From NCBI RefSeq assembly GCF_018977255.1, contig NW_024704742.1, positions 117,616,001 through 117,680,000 of the forward strand: a stretch of DNA of 64,000 bases, written 5' to 3'. The stretch's first letter is position 1, and the number at the start of each line of letters is the position of its first letter. The DNA is from Callorhinchus milii. Lineage: Eukaryota. Positions 51,500 to 61,869 of the stretch are shown here, piece after piece. The notes under the pieces are model-generated. The model worked only from the letters and a program-made list of their open reading frames with translations, was not told the origin of the DNA and did no database searches. The position numbers were made by a program, and so were the translations under genes.

Positions 51500-52116
51500 T
51501 TAAGGGCAGAGTACAAAAGTCAAGAAGTTATGATAAACCTTCACACAACGCTGGTCAGGCCTCAGCTTGAGCACTGTGTTCAGTTCTGGGCAGCACACTT
51601 TAGGAAGGATGTCAAGATATTGGAGAGGGCGCAAAGGAGATTTACCAGGAAGGTATCAGGAATGAAAGACTTCAGTTATCAGGAGAGTTTAGAGGAAGTT
51701 AGGATTATTCTCCTTGGAGCAGAGAAGGTTAAGAGGAGACTTAATAGAAGTTTTCAAAATTACGAGGGGATTCGATAGGGTGAACAAGGAGAAGCTATTT
51801 CCACTGGCGGGTGGGTTGTAAATCCAAGGACACCGACTTAAAATAATTGTTAAAAGAAACAGAGGGGAGGTGAGGAGAAAGTGCTTCACGCAGCGAGTTG
51901 TTCGGATATAGAATGCATTGCCTGAAAGGGCGGTGGAAGCCGAGTGGATAACAAGTTTTAAGAGAGGAGTAGATAATCATTTGGGGAGGACAAGTTTGCA
52001 GAGCTATGGGGAGAGCGCGGGGGAGTGGGGCTGAATTGGAGAGCTCTTTTCAAAGAGCCGGAACAGACACGATGGGCCGAATGGCCTCCTTCTGTGCTGT
52101 ATAACTCTATGATTCT
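51500..52116 (+). mobile_element. CR1 LINE 3' end
   Basis: EYKSQEVMINL.TTLVRPQLEHCVQFWA.HFRKDVKILERAQRRFTR; 3' UTR gatgggccgaatggcctccttctgtgctgta..ctatgattct. Confidence 0.92.
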
Positions 52117-52189
52117 AACTCAATCTTACGTTGTTAGGCATTTCACCTTTGGCTAATTCATGCCCCAAAGAGATGCCACTTACTCGCTC

Positions 52190-53170
52190 GCTCCCTCCCT
52201 CTCCTCCTCCTCCTCCTCCTTCCCAGGAGGAACATCGCCATTTGGCCATTAGACGTCTACCTAATGAGCCCCTGTTTGAGCCCCTGATCACCAGGAATGT
52301 GCTGGACGGTGAGCAGCGCAACGACATTTTCTTTTTTTTTTCCTTTTTTAAAAAAAACCATTTAAACTCGGCCGAAAGCCGCAGCCCCGCACGACCAAAA
52401 ACCGCCCCATCGGGCGTGGACCCGCCCATATTGGGCGTGAACCCGCCCATATTGGGCGTGAACCCGCCCATTCCGGCCGCATCTTGTTGGTGACGGGGTC
52501 CCCCGGTGGCGCGTCCCCTCCCCTGCAGGTGCCGAGTGGCCGACGTCAACCGCTGCACGTAAGCCCTCAGCCGTTACGTAGCGCGTGACTTCACTCCCCT
52601 ATGCGCCCTCAGTGTGTGACGGAATTCCCCCTCCCTTCCCTCACGTACGTAACGTGCGTCCTCCCCGCCCCCCTCGTGCGTAGCGTGCGTCCCTTCGTCA
52701 CCGACGCCGCACCTTGTCGGCTGCCCACACAGACATGGCGGAGTTCACTGTCTCTGCAAAGTATAATCGCTTTGCCCCCCATTGCTTTTGAGTTTGATGA
52801 AACGCGAGATGAATTCGGCGCGAGGAGGAGGTCGGGGGTGGGGAGGTCGCTTGATAGTAACGTGATGTATTTTGCTCTTTCTTTAAAGGTGTCTTGACAT
52901 GATGTGAGGCCGGGGCTCCTTCCCGAGGCGCTGGGGACTTCGGCTCCTTCTCGTTGGTTTCATGGTGAGCGAGACTCGCGAGAGGAAAATAAACCACTCG
53001 CCACCTCCATCCTCTTCCCGACATGAATTACACATTCCGGGTATTCAACGGTTATCAGGAAGGAAACACTCCATCCAGTGAGTCCCAGGGTCTGAGCTGG
53101 TGTTCGAAAGGAACAGAAAACCCCACTAGAAACACACAGCAACTGAAAGAGGAAGATAGTGCGGCTTACG
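52190..53170 (+). promoter_or_regulatory. AGGF1: CpG-island promoter / 5' end of AGGF1
   Basis: The only extended CpG-rich segment in the window. Contains several GC boxes, ATTGG (CCAAT) boxes, CRE/E-box-like ACGT cores (52540-52660) and a YY1-like ACATGGCGG (52733-52741). Lies 1-2 kb upstream of the first AGGF1 coding exon. Confidence 0.8.
52412..52471 (+). repeat. 21-bp tandem repeat (~2.9 copies) of GC-box/CCAAT units
   Basis: GGGCGTGGACCCGCCCATATT GGGCGTGAACCCGCCCATATT GGGCGTGAACCCGCCCAT. Confidence 0.95.
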
Positions 53171-53284
53171 GTCTCCCCTTCTATATCCGGCAGGAATTTG
53201 ATGTTTGAGATCGCAGTCTAACTCTGTAAGACTCGATTAAATAATCTCTCGATGAAGTGGCAGACCCAAGCAGGATATAATATA

Positions 53285-53797
53285 TAATAATAATAATCCA
53301 TTTGGTATAGCGCCTTTCACGTCTCCTCGATGTCTCAAAGCGCTTCACAGAATAGGCTAAGGTGAATTGAACGTATATTTGTGGGCGAAACGCGGCAGCC
53401 AATTGCGCACAGCAGTGTCCCACAAACAGTCGTGGATTGAAAATGACCAATTTATTATCTTTTTTTAGAGAGGGATTATAATAATAATAATAATCCTTGC
53501 ATTTTGATATAGCGCTTTTCATGTCGGGAGGACGTCCCAAAGCGCTTCACAGAACATACTGTAAAGTGAATTGGCTATATTTGTGGGCGAACGCGGCAGC
53601 GAATTGCGCACAGCAATGTCCCACAAACAGTCGTAGATTGAAAATGACCAATTTATTATTGTTTGGGTTTTGGAGGGATTATTATTAGGCTCTGTGTGGA
53701 GTAAGGAAACTTGCCCAAGGTTTTGCCCTGACCTGGAATTGACCCCAGGTGTCTCGCTTGCAAGGCGAGTGCTCTAACCACTGAGCTACAAGACTCC
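53285..53797 (-). mobile_element. Tandem SINEs (full-length plus truncated) in the first AGGF1 intron
   Basis: Full copy ~53480-53797 and a core-plus-tail copy ~53285-53478, joined through (TAA)n. Confidence 0.9.
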
Positions 53798-54216
53798 CAA
53801 GTTTAGTTCAAGGACCACTGTTGGTTATCTGGCAAGGTTCCAACTACTTGACAGTCTGGGGCCATCCTAGGGCTTTGGCTTGCAGGGTTAATAGAAGCCA
53901 AATGGGAAGAATCACTGACCCCAATCCGCCTGCCATCTACTGTCAATGAGCCTGGTTGGCATCATTGGTACCTCGAGTACTGCGGCCCGGCTCAGGAACT
54001 GGACAACCGAGGGTTGACTTGATTCTGACATTCTGTTGTCGAGCGTGTCACCTTGGGGTCAGTTCAGCTCCAAAGAGATCCTGTTTCTGTTTACCCACTC
54101 CCCCACCCAAAAGAAATCAAGCTTTGCATAAGGTCAAGGCATGGTATAAGGATTAAACTGCTGTGCTTTGCATTGATTAAAACTATATCTTATTTGTTGT
54201 AGGTTAGAGTTTTGAG

Positions 54217-54408
54217 ATGGCATTGGCAGATGGTAACCTGGACTTGGTCCCTGATTGTGAGCTCCATGATCTACAGCAGAAGGTCAAAAATCTGGAAGAA
54301 GAGCTAGCAAACCATAAAACTCAAATTCACAAGCTACAAAAACAACTAAACCAGACTGAGCAACTGTACAAAAACTCAGAGAATTATAATGAAGACTTAC
54401 GAAAACAG
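54217..54408 (+). CDS. AGGF1: AGGF1 first coding exon (N-terminal coiled coil)
   Basis: MALADGNL..ELHDLQQKVKNLEEELANHKTQIHKLQKQLNQTEQLYKNSENYNEDLRKQ; acceptor ttgttgtag at 54202 and donor CAG|gtaaat. Confidence 0.88.
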
Positions 54409-55737
54409 GTAAATGGAATTTTATAAAACTGAACATATGTATCTTGTCTTTTATATATTTATATTTTGTATCCCTTCTCTCTCATACCCCTCTATACCCT
54501 TCTCTCTCGTATACATTTGATTGAGGGATTTGATTTGACAGGTAACTTAACCTGAAACCATATCTGCAAAGACTACAACAACAAGAATACATTTGTATAG
54601 CGCCTTTTACATCGGGAGGACGTCCCAAGGCCCCGGACAGGGTACAGCGTTTCAGACCCGAGCTGGGGTCAGCGGGGGAGGGGAGGCGAAGGGGGGTGGT
54701 ATTGTCGAAGAGGAGATTAATAAGACTAGACTTACAGTAACAATAAAATTAAAATAACAGTAATGCACAGGACATATGTACATGATGGCATGAACAAATA
54801 CCTGCATGTAATTTGTAAAGCATGTTTGTAAAGTGCTTTGAGAAGTTCTCCTACGTGAAAGGCACTATATGAGTGCAATTTTTGTGTTGTTTAGGATATA
54901 TTCTTTAAGTGCTAAGATGGACATGATGGTAATCAACAAATACTGTACATACAGTCGTTTATGTTTTGGATACTTTATTGAGATCACGACTCCCTACTGA
55001 GATCAGTCCACTGTGATTTAAATTCCTCAGTCATTGGGGTGTTTCCACTGTATAAATTGATCTGTAGTTCTAAATCGTGATGATGATAATGAGTTGACAC
55101 TGAGATTAATACAAAAGAGAGCAATTTAGAAAACTGGTTAGCAGTGGAAATGCTGCACTTGGCCTCCTGTAGAAAAACGTTCTGATTATTAGTCTCTAAA
55201 GCTTGACTTTATCTTGCTGCAGAACCAGTTTCTAATGCTGGGGCACTTTTTAATCATTTTCCAAACTCAAAGATTTAATCGTTGCAAGACTAATGTACAA
55301 CAATTTCTTTGCTTTTTCTCATTGTAACTCTGTGTGTTTCAAGTAGTGCCTTGTTCTTTTGGCCAATTATGAAATCACTTATTTGAATCACCTTAATACA
55401 GTTATACAGTTATAGAAAGATTATTTGGGACCTTTCAACATATAGACAATCTTAAAAAGGCACTTGCAAATCTACAACGATGGAGGAAAGTGTTTAAGAA
55501 TACCCACTATGTTTAAGAGTACCCAAACCAGATTCAGAGTTCCACATACTTATGCCACTTATACATGGAAATTTCATTGTGTCTGCAATGGACCCATTCT
55601 GCTTACCTAAGTAGGTGAAACTTGGTAACCAATTGCGACCGACAAACAGTCGTTAATTTTAATTTTATTGACTATCATTTCTGCAAAGCTAAGTTCAAAA
55701 GTAGACTTGTGATTGAATATTTGTCACGTGTTTTTAG

Positions 55738-55840
55738 GTTGAAGATCTCAGTAAAGAAATGCTTGAAAGAAAAATGAAAGAAATGAACAGAATTGACACA
55801 GAAGTTCAGACTGATCTTTGTATTGCTGATCACCACACAG
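55738..55840 (+). CDS. AGGF1: AGGF1 coding exon 2
   Basis: tttttag|GTT..ACAG|gtaag; VEDLSKEMLERKMKEMNRIDTEVQTDLCIADHHT, matching the AGGF1 VEELSK..DVEVQT motifs; 103 nt, phase 0 to 1. Confidence 0.93.
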
Positions 55841-56605
55841 GTAAGAATTGGTTTAAATTAGATCAGTCTCACTCTGGGAAGAAATAGTTTGAGAATGTCA
55901 TTCACTGCATGTGACACACTGGCTGCCATGTTCGCTTGCAAACACAGTCATTACCTATTGCAGAAAAATCCTGTGAAGTATATTGTCAATTCACTTTACA
56001 GCATATTCTGTGAAGCATTTTGAGATGTCTAGAAGACATGAAAAGCGCTATATCAAATGCAAGGATTATTATTATTGAGATGTTTCACCAATGTTTTGGC
56101 AATTGGTTGCCACGTTTCACCTATAAAATACAGTCAATTCACTTTACAGCATATTCTGTGAAGCGCTTTGAGACGTCTTGAAGACGTGATAAGGCCCTAT
56201 ATCAAATGTAAGGGTTATTATATAATGTAATAATCATAATAATTTATTATTACTACTAATACTCAATTATTTTTTTTGTATAAATTATTATTCATAATAT
56301 ATTGTTATTAATAATATAAGTGACTATTAAATGCAAGCATTATTATGGAAATCATAGCAATATAGGATTGTTTAAAATGCTCAGAGTGAAATGTTGTTAT
56401 TCCTCTTGTTAATGCATAAATGAAAAGTTCACCTTCAAAATGGTAAGAATGGACATGTATTTATCTATATTTGGTGTTGAATTGTCAACCCCATCCAATT
56501 GAATGTTTAAAATTTTAAAAATGTACTTAATCTGAAGATTGTCTAGAAGATTCTATGAATTGATTGGTAAATGCATAGATCTTCATTTCTCTTTTTATTT
56601 CTCAG

Positions 56606-56850
56606 GCTATTACCATAATGAAACTCAGGATTCTCATCAGGCGTTGAACAGTGATCAATATGACAATGGCAATATGGTAGAACCTGAAATTCGTGGAGAC
56701 CTTGAAGAAATTCAGGATGAGACTCAGGCCTCTGCTCAGTTGCAAGCACAGGTTCAGGTTGATGACTACCAGTACACAGAGTATACTTCTGGTAGCCTAT
56801 CACTGCTAGATGTATATGGAGACCATAACAGCATTGATCAAAATGCAGAG
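56606..56850 (+). CDS. AGGF1: AGGF1 coding exon 3 (acidic linker)
   Basis: Polypyrimidine tract and ctcag|GC..GAG|gtgggt; (G)YYHNETQD..QNAE open throughout; phase 1 to 0 fits both neighbours. Confidence 0.85.
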
Positions 56851-57475
56851 GTGGGTAGCCAACTGTTGCAATAGAACCTGTTTCATTGTTGTCGTTTCTC
56901 CCCGGTCATCACCCCCCATCTTATTAATTGCTTTCTTGCTGAAATATTAATGCTTGGTGTAAAACATCAAGAAACTGAAAGATTAGCTGAATTATTTGGG
57001 AGTTTCATAAATAAACTATTGTAACTGATTGTGCAGCATTTGATTTTAAGATCTTTCTCTTGACTAACTAAATAGTTGTAAAACAATTTCAGTAAAATCA
57101 TTGTTAAATGTAGGGAGTAATGTTATGAAATGAAATGGGTACAAAGAGCACTAACCAAAATGTACATTCACTAAGTTCTATCCCTGGGGCTTTTCTTATC
57201 TAAAATGCTTGGACAACTGGATGAGCAATTACCATGTACTTGGAACAAAAAAAATCCTGTAAATTGATTTACAAATCTGCATATTGTAATAAAATCCTTG
57301 CATTTGATATTATAGGTTCAGTTTCTCAATGTAATTGTATCCCATTGTCATTGAAAATGTCCCAAGTGATTTTCCAGACAGATGTCAGAATTAATAATTA
57401 CTTAGTTTAAACCAAAATTAACAGCTTACAAAATACAAATACATTTTATTAATTAATTTCATCTTTTACTTTAAG

Positions 57476-57607
57476 GAATCTGAGAATACTTCACTGGCAG
57501 ACAGTTTACGTGCCACTGCAGAAGCTGCTATGTCACAGACTGGGTTCACCTATGACGACAACACTGGAATGTATTATGATTATACCACAGGCTTCTACTA
57601 TGATTCG
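57476..57607 (+). CDS. AGGF1: AGGF1 coding exon 4 (start of OCRE domain)
   Basis: ttaag|GAA..TCG|gtaact; ESENTSLADSLRATAEAAMSQTGFTYDDNTGMYYDYTTGFYYDS. Not in the supplied ORF track. Confidence 0.96.
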
Positions 57608-58429
57608 GTAACTTTATTGAATTGATATATCTTGTCTTTCAATTTTTTTTCTCGGCTTCATTATTGAATATTTTAAATAAAGCAATGTTAGGTACTACTG
57701 TAAACAAACTGAAGAACAAATCTACTAATCCTCTTGAGTAAAAGTCCCATGAGTTTTCTTTTAAAATTAAATATACTTAACACTCAAATGTGTAGCATTT
57801 CTATCAGGAATCAGGAGTGACAAACCTAGCTGATTTGTTTTCTCTATTCTTCTGAAGCCTGTAGAAGAGCGAGCTCCTGGTGACATCAGTGAGTTCAGCA
57901 CAGACCAGGATTCAAACCTGGGAACTTCTTGCTCTCTGTGGTAGTTTCATACTGGGCAATGGCTTTACCAACTGAATTATAAAGAGAGATTCCATGTGAA
58001 TTTTTAATAGTTTTATTATCATTTTCTCGCCAGCACTCTTAAAGACTGCACTAAATGAAACACTATATGGTACCTCAACCGAAAGGATGGAGAGGCTTCC
58101 TGCTTCTTGTGCATGCCATTCCCACTTGATGATTGTCTGCGAGGAATTGGAGAAGAGAGACTCGGGTTAAAACCCTTCTGTGCTCCATGTTACTGTATGA
58201 GGAAGTATCCCACTTGCACTTAGTGCCACATTCAGTTGTTCGCCTTATTTCAATTCAGGAATTTGTGTATGTAGGTTTTTAGACTTGATACTTACCACTG
58301 CATGATGCAACATGTTAGGACACCAATACATTGTAACCTGCATTGCATCTTATTGAAGTTTTTTTTAATATGGGGGGTGATATGAATTTCTGCATATTAA
58401 AGATTTCCAACCAATTTTTTTTCATTAAG

Positions 58430-58615
58430 GCAAGCCAACTCTACTATGATGCGCACAGCGGTATTTATTACTACTATGATGCAGAGAGTGGCCGATACCA
58501 GTTTCATTCTCGAGTGGATCTACAGGCATACCAGTGCACAGCAGAACAGAATCCAGAAAAGAAAGTGAAGAAAAAACGAAGAGGAGTAGAGAAGATTGTC
58601 ACACAGGAAGAAAAG
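58430..58615 (+). CDS. AGGF1: AGGF1 coding exon 5 (OCRE domain plus basic stretch)
   Basis: cattaag|GCA..AAG|gtatga; ASQLYYDAHSGIYYYYDAESGRYQFHSRVDLQAY..KKVKKKRR..EEK. Confidence 0.96.
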
Positions 58616-60559
58616 GTATGATATACACTACTCTGTTAGCCTCAGCGCAGCTGAAATTAAATACCACATTTTTGTTAAGATAAAGTCTATAAAGATTTCC
58701 AAATTGTCGGCATTATGAGACCCGAGTGTTCCCTGTTCTCACAATGACCAAACCAGGGGTGTAACTGAGATAAAGACTCTTGATTACTTTTGAGTTATTT
58801 AACCTCAGTTTCACCTGCAATTTCACTAGCAGGTACCAAAATAATTGGAACAGGTTTCGGTGGCATCGCCATAAGCTCTAAAGTCTTCCATCTTCAAGTA
58901 TCAGTGTCAGCAAACCAGCATCGACCAGTGCTTAGATGAGTGTCTGCTGATGCACCACCTTCTCATTCATCACATGCCAAAAATCAATACTGACCTTGCT
59001 GTACTTCAAGACATCCTTGGTGTGGGTGCTTTGGACACTGAGGATGTCATTGTTGTCTTTGCCCCTCTTTGCCTAGGCAGGTTATTGCTGCTTTTGTCAC
59101 CCAGTCTTGAATAATTAATCCAATAACTTTCAATAGGAATGATATGAAGTTATTAGGAGTTGTTTATGGATTGACACCCCAAATAAACCCCCCTGTGTTT
59201 ATTTAATCTTTTGCCTTTTCACCCAGTTGGGCTAACAGTATCAAAAAAAAGTTTCTGAGCATTTCAGTATCTGAACGTTGTTGATCGTGGATCATTAGTC
59301 CTTGAGATCAATATTACATTAAGAATAGTTTTGGATTTTTTAAATAAGATATGGATGATATCCACTTGGAGACCACGATTTATTTCAGTAACATCAGTGT
59401 CCTGGTGCATTCCATCTTATACTGCTGCAACCTATAACTGAACAGATAGCAGATCAAATCAGCATCTGAACACAGGTTAGCATTTTAGATTTGATTCTTC
59501 ATCAGAACTTGCCAAACTTGTTTTTTGAAACAATGGCCTTGGAGTGAGGAGGAAAGAGTCACTTTATGGAACAAAGTGGGGTAAATCAAGATTTTTTTTA
59601 GGGAGAAATTATTTAAACAAAAATCAATAGGCCATTAGGAGAGTGTGAAATGCTGCGAAAAGAGGAACAAAAAGAATCATAAGGGAAAAGTAAGCTGCTG
59701 TTTAAAGATGTTGAAGTTAATGTTCAGACTTCTGAGCTGAAATATGTCTAGAAATTTAAAATTTGGTATATGAGGGAGGGCAAGGATAAAGAGGTCTGAT
59801 TGATTGGGAGGGACCACGGTAGTATTAAATAATAATAATCCATGCATTTGATATAGCGCCCTATTACCTTGCAATGTCAATGTATTTTGCAGGATTTTAC
59901 GGTGGAGTGAGTGACTGTATTTTGACTGAATGAACGGATTCACTAAATGTTCTTCTCAATCTCCCAACATAAGCAGATTTTCATGTGTTTGAATTGTGCT
60001 CCGGGACGCTACCCTGGGTGAAGGGCGCTATATAACTGTAAGTTGTTGTTGAATTGAGGTGTAATGAGGAAGCTTTCCTGATGAGAGTTTTGGGGAAATC
60101 ATTGAGTGCCTACTCGAGATCCCAGATTCATGCTGTTTCAGTACTAGTTGATATTGAGCCTTTATAAAATACCTTCAGGGCAGGTTAGTCTCTTTTTTTC
60201 CAAAATGTGCAGACCAAAGAGTCAGTACCCAACAGAGTTCAAATATATTATTTTACTGATAGGGCAAAATGTAGCGAGTTTTTATTTGCCAAGACCATCA
60301 ATATTAGAGTTTGAGGACGATGGTGAGCCAAGCTACAGGCGCGATAAGTTGAAACGTAGCCTAGTGTGTTTTGATGTCTTAGTCTTGAGATATCATTGTG
60401 GCTGTGGAGCATTCTGCTATCTGCTCTCAGTGGGTAGAGGAATAGACTATGGTTCGTTTTCATAAACATAAAAACTGCTCAAAAGCAAAGGCTTGAAGAG
60501 CTGTGGGTGTTCACTTTTGTACGCAGCTGTTCCTCTGATGCTGTTCCTCCTGTCCTTAG

Positions 60560-60629
60560 GTCCTGCAAATGACAGATTCAATGGCTAAAGTGAAGATTTG
60601 TTACTTGAGAAGGCCAGACTCTGCAACAG
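60560..60629 (+). CDS. Candidate additional/alternative AGGF1 exon
   Basis: ctgttcctcctgtccttag|GTC..ACAG|gtagat; open in phase 0 with the previous exon: VLQMTDSMAKVKICYLRRPDSAT. Homology not confirmed. Confidence 0.4.
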
Positions 60630-61869
60630 GTAGATCAATAACACAGGGCATATCAATTTTGGCAACAGGCATCTAATGATAGGAATTAGTTAAACAGGAC
60701 TAACTATATTGTGTTCAGCCTTGAACACATAGACTTTTTAAAATATAGTAGAACACTTATTTAAGAAAAATGTCTTGTAGTATATATACAGTGCTGTAAA
60801 GCCCATTTTGAGTGCACTTTTGGTGCTATGTTTCAGTGTGGGAAAATACCAGATAATACTATCCTACAAAGAGCATGTATTCATACAAAGATTTTGCAAG
60901 AATGAAAATAATTTAACAAGCATCATGCCTGAACTTAAGTTTTCATTGAAATTCTTAAAAAAAAACTCTAGATAGGTGAAGCAAGTGCCTTAAAATGTAC
61001 TGATTAAGAAGATTTCATTTTATGGATAAGAATCCCTAGTGATTTAAAAGGGCCACTTAGTGAATTTATTATAATTTCATAATTATTATAATTTTTCTAC
61101 AAATTATTAGCAACAATCAAATTACTAAACAGAGGACTACAATACTTGTAGACAGTCTGTTTCTCTATTAAGTCCTATATTTGCTATAAAGCTTCTGGAG
61201 TAGGTAGTAAAATGAAGCTAAACCTTTGCACAGTACTAGGTACAGTAGCATAGTATTGTAATTGCCATCAATTTACAATCTATATGGAGGCATTCATTTT
61301 CTATGTAGAATACTATGTGCTGTAGATTGTGAATTAAGAGCCAATATAAATGAGGCTGGAGTCCAATGATAACTGAATTACCTGGAGTATCTTTGTTTCT
61401 AGAAACAAGAACATACTCTGGACAGTTAGACTAGACTATTAACTGATACAGTGGAGTCTTTTTGTAAAGTGGTATTTCAGGACCATGGAATCCCAACCTG
61501 CCATACAACAAAGCCATTAGGTATATACTCACTTCCTGATTGCTGACTGGCTCTAGTGCTGAATAAAGGCGGACTTTGGTTTTCCTGACTATATTATATT
61601 TTTCACTGAATACATTACTTGCTTACCTAGTGTTGAGGATTATGATTTTAGTGATATTCAAAACAACAGTCCATTTTCGTTAAAATATTAATTGTAAGAT
61701 AATCAGACTGCATATTGTATCATATAAACTGGAATTCAGTTGCTGATGTATTAAAATACCAAGTCATGGCACAAAACAATTTCTGTGTTCCCATATAAAG
61801 GAGCAAGTAGTAAGTATGAAGTGATTCTATAATAATAATAATCCTTGAATTTGATATAGCGCTTTTCAT

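Noticed and set aside
52427..52456. CArG/SRF boxes in the promoter repeat
   Set aside because: CCATATTGG has only five A/T bases; CArG needs CC(A/T)6GG.
52735..52791. ATG 52735 as the AGGF1 start codon
   Set aside because: It reaches a stop whether unspliced, spliced to 52889 or spliced to 54203, and is out of frame with 54208.
52115..53208. Several ORFs over the CpG island (e.g. 147 aa minus strand with MGGFTPN repeats)
   Set aside because: Products of high GC content and the 21-bp promoter repeat; no recognisable protein similarity.
18419..53688. Recurrent ORFs ending ..KRYIKCKDYYYY
   Set aside because: Translations of the non-coding SINE body and its (TTA)n tail.
58840..59110. Short coding-like stretch on the minus strand in an AGGF1 intron (possible Penelope remnant)
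   Set aside because: Too short and degenerate to assign; no diagnostic motif intact.
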